A DNA stretch of 64,000 nt from a bacterium (GTDB taxonomy: Bacteria; UBA8248), in NCBI GenBank assembly GCA_965207065.1, contig OZ242260.1, positions 576,001 through 640,000 of the forward strand, read 5' to 3'. A program made the position numbers and the translations under genes. Positions 1 to 9,214 of this stretch are shown piece after piece. The stretch's first letter is position 1, and every line of letters starts with the position of its first letter. The notes below the pieces were generated by a model. That model ran no database searches. It was not told where the DNA came from and saw nothing but the letters and a program-made list of their open reading frames with translations.

Positions 1-255
1 CTCGCGGCTGATCGAGAAAATGCGCACCACCCCCTGCGTGGTCGCGAGTTCGCGCTCCACCACCTTGGTCACCTGCTCCTCGACCACCTTGGGGTCGGCC
101 CCCTCGAAGTCTATCCCTATGAATATCCGCGGATAGACGATTCTGGGCAGGAAATCGACAGGCAGTCGCGTGAGCGCAAAAAAGCCGAGCACCAGCGCAC
201 ACACCACACCCATGATGGTTCCCACGGGCCTTCGGATGCAGCTTCGGCTCAGCAC
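1..255 (-). CDS. RND efflux permease (AcrB/AcrD/AcrF family), N-terminal part; runs off window
   Basis: Manual translation from GTG at 255 after AGGAG: MLSRSCIRRPVGTIMG...LPVDFLPRIVYP...EGADPKVVEEQVTKVVERELA, a typical AcrB-family N-terminus. Lies directly downstream of the RND adaptor. Confidence 0.9.
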   Translation of the reverse strand, partial: MLSRSCIRRPVGTIMGVVCALVLGFFALTRLPVDFLPRIVYPRIFIGIDFEGADPKVVEEQVTKVVERELATTQGVVRIFSISRE

Positions 256-273
256 GGGGCCACTCCTGTAACC

Positions 274-1749
274 TTAAGGCCCAACGACCCGAATGGGCCG
301 CCTGTCCCTTAGCTGGTTGATGGCGCTCACCACCACCCGCTCGCCCACTCGCAGACCCTCGAGAATCTCGATACGCCCGTCGATCATCTCGCCCAGGCGC
401 ACCTCGCGGCGCACCGCCATGAAGCGTAGACCGCTCCTCCCTGCGCCGCGCCCGCTCGCCTCGGCCATACCTCTGCGCGCACCGCCTCTCATGCCGGGGC
501 CGCCCTGCCCGCCCCCGCGCGCATCACCTCTTCTTGCGCGACCACCGCTCCCCGCTCCCCTCTGTAACCTTCTCACGACGAAGACCGCGCCCGACTTCGT
601 GCGCAAATCCCCGTCCCAGATCACGGCGTGAACCGGCAGGTTGATCGAGCGCCTGCCCAACAGGGGGTCGAACTTCACGCGGGCGAGAAGACCGGGCCTC
701 AGGGAAGAATCGGGATTTTGAACGTCCACCTCCACGATGAGCTGGCGCGAACTGGGGTCCACGCTCGGGAATATGCGCGTCAGCTTCCCCGAGAATGTGC
801 GGCCCCGATAGGCGTCGAGTTCGACGCGCGCACCCTGGCCTATCTTGATGAGCGGGAGATCCAGTTCGCTCACCCGAACCCGTGCGCGCAGCGTGTCCGT
901 CTGGGCGATGGTGAACAGATGCGCCCGGTTCACCGCCAGATCGCCTGGTTCGATTCTTCTCGCGGTGACGACGCCCGAAATCGGTGAGCGGACGTTGAAG
1001 TATTCCAGTTCCACCTTGAGCCGTCTCACGCGCTGCAGATGCTGGCTCACCTGCGCCTGCGCCATGGCAACCTCCTCGGCGCGCGCGCCTATCTTCACCA
1101 ACTTGAGCTTTTCTTGCGCGACCCTCACGCGAGCGGCGTCTTCGGCGAGGCGCGCGCGGCGCTCGGCCACGTCCGCGCGGGCGCGATTCGCCTCCGTCGT
1201 CACCTTGCGCCATTCCTGTGCGCTGATGACGCCTGTTTTGTGTAAAGCGCCAAGAGAGCGCGCGTTGGCCTCCGCTTCCTCCTGTCTGGCGAGGGCGGAG
1301 GTAATTTCCGCCTCGCTGCGCTTGCGTGTAGCCTCCGCCTGGGTGACGGCAGCGGCGGCGGCGGCGATTTCCTCCGGGCGGCTTCCGGATTTGAGTTTCG
1401 CAAGGTTTGCCCGCGCGGCGGCGAGTTCACTCTCCGCCAGCTTCAAGTCAATTCGTTTGATGGTGGAGTCAAGGCGCGAGAGGATTTGATCCTTTTTCAC
1501 GCGTGAACCCTCTCGGGCCAGGACTTCGCGCACCTGACCCTCGGCGCGGGACATGAGCCGCACCTCGCTCCGGGCCAGGAGCGTTCCCGTAGCCGCCACG
1601 CGCCTGCCCAGACGACCCACGGAAACCTTTTGCACCTGAACCGTGACGATGCGGTTTCTCCGCCCTCTGGGGCGGCCCGCGTAGGCGCAGGTGAACTCAC
1701 CCGCAGCTATGAACACCATGATGAGCACGGCGACTGTTCTTGCAGACAT
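274..1749 (-). CDS. RND efflux periplasmic adaptor (membrane fusion protein, HlyD family)
   Basis: N-terminal hydrophobic anchor, lipoyl halves (AEGQVREVLAREGSRVKKDQIL; VRSPISGVV), long alpha-hairpin, LRPGLLARV. Start trimmed to MSART (1794 also possible). Confidence 0.9.
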   Translation of the reverse strand: MSARTVAVLIMVFIAAGEFTCAYAGRPRGRRNRIVTVQVQKVSVGRLGRRVAATGTLLARSEVRLMSRAEGQVREVLAREGSRVKKDQILSRLDSTIKRIDLKLAESELAAARANLAKLKSGSRPEEIAAAAAAVTQAEATRKRSEAEITSALARQEEAEANARSLGALHKTGVISAQEWRKVTTEANRARADVAERRARLAEDAARVRVAQEKLKLVKIGARAEEVAMAQAQVSQHLQRVRRLKVELEYFNVRSPISGVVTARRIEPGDLAVNRAHLFTIAQTDTLRARVRVSELDLPLIKIGQGARVELDAYRGRTFSGKLTRIFPSVDPSSRQLIVEVDVQNPDSSLRPGLLARVKFDPLLGRRSINLPVHAVIWDGDLRTKSGAVFVVRRLQRGAGSGGRARRGDARGGGQGGPGMRGGARRGMAEASGRGAGRSGLRFMAVRREVRLGEMIDGRIEILEGLRVGERVVVSAINQLRDRRPIRVVGP

Positions 1750-1927
1750 CTTCTCGCGGCTCCCGAAAGAGAAACCCGGCGACGAACCATTCATGCGACG
1801 GATGTGAAAAAACGACGCAAACGATCTTATCACATACCACGGGTGTTCTCTTTTGGACGCAAACGGGTTCCTGGGTGGAGAGAGGTTTGGGTAACGGCGA
1901 GCTAAGATGTGTAAAAACCTTCGTTCC

Positions 1928-3124
1928 TCAAATAGACGACAGCCATTCATCTCCAGGCATGATTCGCCGCATGAATTCATCAAACATGGGCACGGTGAAA
2001 GCCGTGTCACCGTGACTTGGACTCCAAATCATGCCCTTGTTGATCAGTTGGCTGCGAACGGGAGCCAGAGAAGTAACCAGGCGGTTCAGTTTTTGGGCGA
2101 CCTCCCCCGAGCGATGAGGCCCCTCACCGAGTTGGGCCATTGCTCGCAGATACTTTTTTTCCGCGGGGGACAGTCTGTCGAACCTGACAAGGAAGAAACT
2201 CTGGTCCAGATTGGCGACGACCTGCCGGGTGGCGATTTCGACATCGGAAACCGTGATGGGAGAACGCTCGGCGACGTCCCATACGTGCTTGCCCCATTCC
2301 TGTAGAAAATAGGGATAACAACGGGTTTTGGAGACAATTTCATCTAGAGCGCGGGGTTCTATTTCCACGTTTTCGTCCCTAGCGGGCTTGGCGAGCGCGA
2401 GTCTGGCATCTTCAGGCAACAATGGACCAATATCAGAAAAATCGAAAAGCCGTTCGGCGTAGGATTTCGCTTTTCCCATGCGACCCCGTACCTGAGGCAG
2501 GCCCGCCCCTAACATGACCACGGGAAGGCGACGCTGGGATATCCGGTGCAACGCGATAATCAAGGCCTCCAGTTGCTCTTCCGGCACGTACTGGAGTTCA
2601 TCGAAGAAAAACGCCACGCAGGTCGCATCCGCCCGGGCGGCAGCGCCGATGGCCTCGAGCAATTCCTGCAAGTCGCTTTCAAGGTTTCCATTGTCCGCCA
2701 GACCGGGTTCGGGATCGGTTTCCAAACCGACTTCTATATCCCGATACTTCACTTTCAATGCCCTTACGAATCCCGCGAGCCCCCTCAAGGCCCTTTGCGC
2801 CAGTTCTTTCGCCGCACGCCTGCGTGAAAGCTTCAACAAAACCGTATGCAGTCGAGGCGCTAAAATGGAGGGTAGCGATTGGTTTTCGGACGCTTCTACC
2901 GACAGCGTATAGATGCCGCTTGCCTCTGCTTCTTCCCGGATGAGGTTCAATAGCACCGTTTTGCCGACCCCACGCAACCCAAGCATCATAGCGCTCTTGG
3001 TCGGGCGTCCTATTCTGGTCCGTTCCAATGCGATTCGCGTGGATTCGCGAACCTCGTCCCGACCAGCCAACTCGGGTGGCGGAGTGCCTGCTCCAGGAGC
3101 ATACGGGTTGCGTATCGGATCCAT
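1928..3124 (-). CDS. AAA-family ATPase with C-terminal winged-helix domain
   Basis: NPYAPGAG N-terminus, Walker A GLRGVGKT, Walker B FFFDELQ, YPYFLQ, C-terminal wHTH-like segment ending FTVPMFDEFM. Confidence 0.85.
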   Translation of the reverse strand: MDPIRNPYAPGAGTPPPELAGRDEVRESTRIALERTRIGRPTKSAMMLGLRGVGKTVLLNLIREEAEASGIYTLSVEASENQSLPSILAPRLHTVLLKLSRRRAAKELAQRALRGLAGFVRALKVKYRDIEVGLETDPEPGLADNGNLESDLQELLEAIGAAARADATCVAFFFDELQYVPEEQLEALIIALHRISQRRLPVVMLGAGLPQVRGRMGKAKSYAERLFDFSDIGPLLPEDARLALAKPARDENVEIEPRALDEIVSKTRCYPYFLQEWGKHVWDVAERSPITVSDVEIATRQVVANLDQSFFLVRFDRLSPAEKKYLRAMAQLGEGPHRSGEVAQKLNRLVTSLAPVRSQLINKGMIWSPSHGDTAFTVPMFDEFMRRIMPGDEWLSSI

Positions 3125-3133
3125 AACAAGAGC

Positions 3134-3505
3134 AGTTTATATTAAAATTAGCTAATTTACAATTATTTCATAAGATAGCTAATTTCGCTATATATCAAGA
3201 AATTTGGACACCAAGATGGCTAATATTTCAAATCGATCGCCCGGTTCCAGCCCGGGCAGACAATTTGCGCTTCGGTTTCATCGAAAGAGTTTATAGCAAA
3301 CTTAGAGAGTTTATGATTATCTTATAAATTAGCTAATATCATTATAAATCATGGATCCTCGCCGCCGGGATATTCATTCCCTCAAAGATTGTTTTGCTAC
3401 GCTCCACTTCAGAAACATCTGAGTTGCACATCGGACCTGGAAAAGAAGTTTATATCTAAGTTAGAGAGTTTATGGTTTTCTTATAAGATAGCTAATTTCG
3501 CTATA
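3134..3505. repeat. Three imperfect 59-bp AT-rich direct repeats (3134-3192, 3288-3346, 3447-3505), period 154/159 bp
   Basis: Gap-free manual alignment: copies 2/3 match at 49/59 and copies 1/3 at 47/59 positions. Copies 1 and 3 share an identical end, ATAAGATAGCTAATTTCGCTATA. Confidence 0.85.
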
Positions 3506-3584
3506 ATCGAGAAAATCTCTTCATTTAGAATGACTTGCCTAAGATACATACAACAGTCGATAACATTTCAGGGCCGGAGAGACC

Positions 3585-4454
3585 TCAGTCAAGCTTACCG
3601 AGCCACTCGGCGATTGCGCGGCCGATCTCATCCGGAGAATCCTCCTGGATGAAGTGGATCCCCGGTACGGTGACTTCGGTCTGGTTCGGCCAGGTGCGGC
3701 AGAATTCGCGCTGCTCGCCGACGAGGATGGCGCCCGGCTCGGCGTTAATGAGCAGCTTGGGAACGGGAGATTCACGAAGCCAGGCGGCGTAACTGCCGAC
3801 GATTTCGGTTACGTCCGCAGGCTCGCCCTCGATGGGAATCTCGCGCGGCCAGGTGAGTGTCGGGCGGCGGTATTCACCGGGTTCAGAGAAAGGACGCCGG
3901 TACTCGGCCATCTCCTCCTCGCTGAGCCCGCGCTTGATCGACCCGGGCAGCACGCGTTCGACGAACACGTTCTTCTCGAGAATCATGGACTCTCCATTTT
4001 CGGAACGGAATCCCTGAAAAACCCTCTGCGACGCTTCGGGCCATTGCGCCCAGGTGAGCGGCTGCACGATGGCCTCCATGTAGGCGAGGCCCTTCACGGC
4101 GTCGCGGTGCCGGTTGGCCCAGTCGAAGCCCAGGGCCGAGCCCCAGTCGTGCATGACGAGGGTGACGCGCTCGGCGACACCCAAAGCCTCCAGTAGCGCA
4201 TCGAGATAGCGGCGGTGATCCACAAAGCGGTAGCGGCCAGGGCCGCTGTCCTCCAGCTTGTCCGAATCGCCCATGCCGATCAGGTCCGGCGCGATGCAGC
4301 GGCCAAGTGGGGCGAGATGGGGGATAACACCACGCCACAGGAAGGAGGAGGTCGGGTTACCGTGCAGAAAAACGATAGGGTCGCCCTCGCCGGTCTCGAC
4401 GTAGGCCATGACGCGGCCGAGCACTTCCAGGCGCTTCTTCTCAGTCCAAGACAC
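3585..4454 (-). CDS. Haloalkane dehalogenase (LinB/DhaA type, HLD-II)
   Basis: [19 protein letters not shown], nucleophile HDWG, acid [16 protein letters not shown], catalytic His in [10 protein letters not shown]. Confidence 0.92.
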   Translation of the reverse strand: MSWTEKKRLEVLGRVMAYVETGEGDPIVFLHGNPTSSFLWRGVIPHLAPLGRCIAPDLIGMGDSDKLEDSGPGRYRFVDHRRYLDALLEALGVAERVTLVMHDWGSALGFDWANRHRDAVKGLAYMEAIVQPLTWAQWPEASQRVFQGFRSENGESMILEKNVFVERVLPGSIKRGLSEEEMAEYRRPFSEPGEYRRPTLTWPREIPIEGEPADVTEIVGSYAAWLRESPVPKLLINAEPGAILVGEQREFCRTWPNQTEVTVPGIHFIQEDSPDEIGRAIAEWLGKLD

Positions 4455-4566
4455 GGCAGGTCTCCTTACACTTACTCATTCAGATTCTCGCGATACGACT
4501 ATACTCGCGAAAAAGAAGCGTTCGTTCCATCTAAAAAGTGTTGAAATTATTTGATATACGGAGGTG

Positions 4567-5550
4567 CTAGCCGCCGATGGAGCTCATCGTGCGTTCGGGC
4601 TGGACGAACTCCTCCTGGCCGATGAGGTGGCCCGGCGTCTTGGTGAGCACTACCTCGGCGAGCCAGGCCTTTATCTCATCATCCGGCGCGCCTCCCCTGA
4701 GCATTTTCTTGACGTCGTGCTCGACGGTGGAGAACAGGCAGGTCCGCACCATGCCGTCCGCCGTCAGGCGTATGCGGTTGCAGTCCTGACAGAACGGCCG
4801 CGTGACCGAGGCGATGACGCCCACCTCGCCCTTGCCGTCCTTGTAGCGGTAGCGCGTCGCGGGGTCCGAGGGATGGCCGCTCACGAGTTCGAGTTCTCCC
4901 TCGACGGAGAGCCCTTCCAGTATCTCCTCCGCCGACAAGACCTTCTCATGCGCCCAGGTGCGGTCCGCATCGAGCGGCATGTATTCGATGAAGCGCACGA
5001 CGTGGCCCGTCTCGCGCGACCACCTGGCGAAGCGCGGCAATTCCTCCTCGCTCAACCCCTTGACCGCCACCGCGTTGATCTTGATGGGCGAGAATCCGGC
5101 CTCCGCTGCCGCCTCGATGCCCTCCATCACCTGTCCGAACACGTCGCGGCGCGTCATGAACAGGAATTTGCCCGCGTCCATGGAATCGAGGCTGATGTTC
5201 ACGCGCCTCAGGCCCGCAGCGTAGAGATCCTTCGCCATTTTAGGGAGAAAGACGCCGTTGGTCGTGAGGGCCAGGTCCATTTCGGGCTGTACTTCCACCA
5301 TCTGCTCGACCAGGCGGTGCAAGTCCTTTCGCAGCAGCGGCTCGCCGCCGGTCAGATGATAGCTCGTGAAGCCCAGCTCGGTGGTGATGCGCACGACACG
5401 GGTGATTTCCTCGTAGTTGAGAACCTCATCGTGCGGCAGCCACGTCATGCCCTCTTCGGGCATGCAGTAGAAACACCGGAAGTTGCACCTGTCCGTCACC
5501 GATATTCTCAGATCATCGTGCGCACGCCCGTAACGATCGAATAACGCCAT
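4567..5550 (-). CDS. moaA: GTP 3',8-cyclase MoaA
   Basis: LRISVTDRCNFRCFYCMP radical-SAM motif, GGEPLLR, FCQDCNRIRLTADG, C-terminal IGG. Confidence 0.96.
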   Translation of the reverse strand: MALFDRYGRAHDDLRISVTDRCNFRCFYCMPEEGMTWLPHDEVLNYEEITRVVRITTELGFTSYHLTGGEPLLRKDLHRLVEQMVEVQPEMDLALTTNGVFLPKMAKDLYAAGLRRVNISLDSMDAGKFLFMTRRDVFGQVMEGIEAAAEAGFSPIKINAVAVKGLSEEELPRFARWSRETGHVVRFIEYMPLDADRTWAHEKVLSAEEILEGLSVEGELELVSGHPSDPATRYRYKDGKGEVGVIASVTRPFCQDCNRIRLTADGMVRTCLFSTVEHDVKKMLRGGAPDDEIKAWLAEVVLTKTPGHLIGQEEFVQPERTMSSIGG

Positions 5551-5554
5551 TTCC

Positions 5555-7516
5555 CTAACCTTCCCTTTGTGGTGCCGTCATGATCTGGCCCGTCAACTCC
5601 GTATTATACCCGCCCAGCGCCTCCACGGCATCCCGAAAAGCCGCATCGTTCAAAATATCCATCACCTTGCCTATCGCGGGCGTCTCCCAGTGTTCTCCTG
5701 GCACGATGAAATCGAACCTCTCGCGCTCCAGCGGGATGAAATCAAGACCCAGCATGTGAGCTGCCGCGTAAATTCCCAACCCGCAGTCCGCGCGTCCGGC
5801 CGCGACCGCCATGGCCACCGCCATGTGCGTGGTCTCCACCCGCTCATATCCTTGGACATCGCCGGGCGAGAGGCCCTCGCTCGCCATCAGGTGATCGAGC
5901 AGCACCCGCGTGCCCGCTCCACTCTGGCGGTTGACGATGGAGACATCTTCACGGCTCAGATCGGATACCCCCGCAATGCGCTTGGGATTCCCCTTTGGCG
6001 TCAGGATGCCCTGTTCGCGCTGAACGAAATTCACCACCACGACCTCTCGGCCTTTGAGATAGCGTTCGATGTAGTACCAGTTGTACTCCCCGGTCTCGGG
6101 ATCTAGCAGGTGGCTGCCCGCAATGTGCGCCTCCCCGTCGCGCACGGCGATGAGGCCCGCCAGCGAACCCACCGCCGAGGCGGAAAGTCGCGCGTCGTGG
6201 TGGCGCGCTCTCAACTCGTCCGCCAGCAGGTCGAGCGCGTTGTCGTGACTGCCCGCCATGAGCAGGTTGCCCCGGATATCGGCGAGGGGCCTCAAGAGCT
6301 CCACCGTGACCTCCTCGCCCGTCTCAATTCCCTCCGAATGGGGGGGTACGCGCACCACGCCGTCCGCCTCGACGAGCGAACTGATGACGCTGGCCCCGCG
6401 CTTGGCGGGAAGGCAGACCATCCGCTCACCCACCCGGCCAAGCTTTACGCGCAAGAACTCCTCCATCCCCAGCCGCGAGGCGCTCTTCCGGCTCATGAAG
6501 GCCCGGATGCGCTCCTCTTCGCCAGGGGCCGCGCCCGCCATGTGCGCCATGAGCGGCCGCACGAACTCCTGAAGCGCCAGCACCGCCGAGACTGGATAGC
6601 CCGGAATTCCGAGCACGGGCTTGCTCGCGCCCGATTCCGATGCGCAAACGCCCAGTATGGTGGGTTTGCCGGGGAAGATGGCCACGCCGTGTACGAGGAG
6701 TTCTCCGAGTTTTTCGACGACGGCGGCCGTGTGATCCTCCCGCCCTGCGGATGAACCCGCGTTCACCAGAACAACGTCCGCGCGCTCGAGCGCGTCTCGA
6801 ACCGCAGTCTCGATGGCCCCGAACCTGTCTTCCAATATCGGGCCGGGGAGCGCCTCTCCCCCCCACTCGGTGATGAAGGCGGACATGACGCTCGAGTTGA
6901 ACTCCACCAGATCACCGGGCTTCAATTCGGCGCCCGCTTCCACGAGCTCGTCTCCGGTGGGGATGATGGCGACACGCGGCCGCCGACGCACCCACACCCG
7001 GGTGATGCCCGCCGCGAGCAGCGCACCCAGATCGTAGGGCCTTAAAACGTGCCCTGCCGTCAGGATGAGCTGGCCCTCGACGACGTCCTCCCCGGCCACG
7101 CGCACGTTCTGCCATGGGGAGAGCGCCGCCTCGATGCGGATGGCGCCGGGGGTCGCCTCGTGCACGTGTTCGATCATGACGACACAATCCGTTCCCTCGG
7201 GCATGGGATCGCCCGTGTCAAGGGGGTGGGCCTCATCTCCGAGCAGATACTCCTTGGGACTCACGGGCGTGGCGCCCGATGTCCCCGCAGAGGCAAGGGC
7301 GTAGCCGTCCATGGCTGCGGCGTGAAAATGCGGGCTCGAAACCTGCGCGTAGGCCGCGCGCGACGTCACGCGCCCCAGGGCCTCGGGCGTCGGAATTTCT
7401 TCTTCCTCTAGGCGGAACTCGCCCACTTTTTCGAGGAGACGCGAAAGCGCCTCTTCGCGCGGGATGTTTTCCAAATAAATTTTCCGGCCCCCCTGGGCCA
7501 GAGGCAAATCGTTCAT
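5555..7516 (-). CDS. moeA: Molybdopterin molybdotransferase MoeA fused to a periplasmic-binding (PBP) domain
   Basis: AAMDGYA, IPTGDEL, GSSAGREDH, PGKP; C-terminal GSHD...VNRQSGAGTR PBP domain. Confidence 0.92.
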   Translation of the reverse strand: MNDLPLAQGGRKIYLENIPREEALSRLLEKVGEFRLEEEEIPTPEALGRVTSRAAYAQVSSPHFHAAAMDGYALASAGTSGATPVSPKEYLLGDEAHPLDTGDPMPEGTDCVVMIEHVHEATPGAIRIEAALSPWQNVRVAGEDVVEGQLILTAGHVLRPYDLGALLAAGITRVWVRRRPRVAIIPTGDELVEAGAELKPGDLVEFNSSVMSAFITEWGGEALPGPILEDRFGAIETAVRDALERADVVLVNAGSSAGREDHTAAVVEKLGELLVHGVAIFPGKPTILGVCASESGASKPVLGIPGYPVSAVLALQEFVRPLMAHMAGAAPGEEERIRAFMSRKSASRLGMEEFLRVKLGRVGERMVCLPAKRGASVISSLVEADGVVRVPPHSEGIETGEEVTVELLRPLADIRGNLLMAGSHDNALDLLADELRARHHDARLSASAVGSLAGLIAVRDGEAHIAGSHLLDPETGEYNWYYIERYLKGREVVVVNFVQREQGILTPKGNPKRIAGVSDLSREDVSIVNRQSGAGTRVLLDHLMASEGLSPGDVQGYERVETTHMAVAMAVAAGRADCGLGIYAAAHMLGLDFIPLERERFDFIVPGEHWETPAIGKVMDILNDAAFRDAVEALGGYNTELTGQIMTAPQREG

Positions 7517-7560
7517 TCGCTTACACCTGATTCGAAAGAAAAACCTGATCTAAGGCGCGC

Positions 7561-8802
7561 TCAATAAAGATGCACGCGTACTTGCGCTCCTTCGCGCAAC
7601 CCCTCGGCTTCAAGCGGAATCGTGATGTAGCCGTCCGCTTTCGTCATGGTCGATATCATCGCGGAATTGCCCATCAGAGGATGGACGACGCGTCCGTTCT
7701 CACCCTCTTCCAGCGTGACGCGAACAAGGTCTTCACGCCCGGGGGCCGAGGCCACGTTTCTCGAAAGGGTGGCCGCAAGACCTTCTGTTTCCGTTTCGGT
7801 GCGAGCGACCTCACCACTCAACTGCTGTATGACAGGCTGGACAAAAGCGTGAAAAATCATAAGGGCTGAGACCGGATGACCCGGAATACCGATGACGGCC
7901 TTGTCCTCGCCGTCTCTCTCAATTCGTCCAATGATGGTCGGTTTGCCGGGTTTGATGGATATGCCGTGCACAAGAACGCCCGGCTCGCCCAGTGAGTCGA
8001 TGGCCTCGACCGTGTAATCGCGGAGGCCCATAGAGCTTCCGCCGGAGATGAGTACGACATCCGCGTGGCCCACCGCACGCTCCAGGCGCTCTTTGATGAC
8101 GGCCAGATCGTCGGGGAGAATTTCTTCGGTCTGTGGCTCCCCTCCGGCCTCGACCACCCCCGCCGCAAGGGAGAAGCGGTTGATGTCGCGCACCTGACCA
8201 ACGCGCGGAGTCTCGCGCGGGTCGACCAATTCATCGCCTGTGGGGAGTATCGCCACCCGGGGGCGGCGGTGAACCTCGACCGAAGTGACGCCCACGCCCG
8301 CAAGCGCACCCACGTCCTGGCTTCTGAGGCGGGAACCCGCCCCCAGAATCAACTCTTCTTTTTTAAGATCATCACCTATGGCGAGAATGTTTTCGCCCAC
8401 GGCAACGGGACGCCGGGCTTCTAAAGTCTCCGCGTCTGGAGCGGTGGTAAATTCCTCCATCACCACGGCGTCGGCGCCCTCCGGCACCATGCCGCCCGTC
8501 AGGATGCGCGCCGTCTCTCCCCGTCCCACCGAGAACTCCGGCGCCGCCCCCATGGGCACCTGTCCGATTACTTCGAGATAGGCGGGTATGGCCTCGCTCG
8601 CACCGAAAGAATCCGAGGCTCTCAGCGCGTAGCCGTCCATTGTGGCGCGCGGAAAATCTGGCAGATCGACGGGCGAGTAGACGTCACGGGCCAGGACGCG
8701 GCCCACAGCTTCGAAAGAAGACAGGCGCTCCGCCCCCAAGGCGCGGAAACCCTTAAGCGCGCTTTTCGCTTCTTCGGGCGATACGACCTTGAAGAATTCC
8801 AT
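7561..8802 (-). CDS. moeA: Molybdopterin molybdotransferase MoeA (Glp)
   Basis: RATMDGYA, ILTGGMVPEGADAVVMEE, PTGDEL, SGGSS, KPGKPT, GIPGHPVS. Start at MEFFKV. Confidence 0.93.
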   Translation of the reverse strand: MEFFKVVSPEEAKSALKGFRALGAERLSSFEAVGRVLARDVYSPVDLPDFPRATMDGYALRASDSFGASEAIPAYLEVIGQVPMGAAPEFSVGRGETARILTGGMVPEGADAVVMEEFTTAPDAETLEARRPVAVGENILAIGDDLKKEELILGAGSRLRSQDVGALAGVGVTSVEVHRRPRVAILPTGDELVDPRETPRVGQVRDINRFSLAAGVVEAGGEPQTEEILPDDLAVIKERLERAVGHADVVLISGGSSMGLRDYTVEAIDSLGEPGVLVHGISIKPGKPTIIGRIERDGEDKAVIGIPGHPVSALMIFHAFVQPVIQQLSGEVARTETETEGLAATLSRNVASAPGREDLVRVTLEEGENGRVVHPLMGNSAMISTMTKADGYITIPLEAEGLREGAQVRVHLY

Positions 8803-8988
8803 CGGGTATCTCCAGGAACAAAAAACCAACCGCTGCGCGCGCAGGGCTGGCCATAACTAATACGGACATCATTCGCCCGCCACTTTTTACGAGCGCGGAC
8901 CCGCAATCTCCTATCAGAGGAGACGCCCCGCCGATGAGGAACGAAACGCCTCAGGATTCACGCGCGGAACAGAAGACGAACCGGCTCT

Positions 8989-9189
8989 TCAGCCCTTATC
9001 GCCCTCTCCTGCGGCGGACGCCTCTTTCTTGTCGGGCAGTTCCGGGTCGTCGCTCATCCCCTTCTTGAAGCTCTTGATGCCGCGAGCGAGGCCCGAGCCG
9101 ATCTCGGGCAGGCGCTTCGCGCCGAAGACCAGCACGCATATCGCGAGAATGACCAGAAGCTCGGGAATGCCCATATTCATCGGGAACAT
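8989..9189 (-). CDS. tatA: Twin-arginine translocase TatA/E
   Basis: [39 protein letters not shown]. Confidence 0.95.
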   Translation of the reverse strand: MFPMNMGIPELLVILAICVLVFGAKRLPEIGSGLARGIKSFKKGMSDDPELPDKKEASAAGEGDKG

Positions 9190-9214
9190 CGGCTAAACTC
9201 CTTTGGATGAATGA

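Noticed and set aside
3134-3505. CRISPR array interpretation of the 59-bp repeats
   Set aside because: The repeats are too long and too divergent, the spacers are ~95-100 bp, there are only three units, and no cas genes are present.
4564-5544. Long antisense ORFs (also 12439-13644, 13883-15049, 14880-16052, 25263-26468, 33998-35125, 36873-37961, 37759-39090, 38855-40408, 44190-45326, 45757-46965, 57226-58518)
   Set aside because: These are shadow frames opposite clear genes in high-GC DNA, with no family motifs.
8925-8955. Hammerhead-ribozyme-like CCGATGAG..CGAAAC
   Set aside because: The core is CCGATGA rather than CTGATGA, stem II has about 1 bp, and no stem III partner with a cleavage triplet was found.
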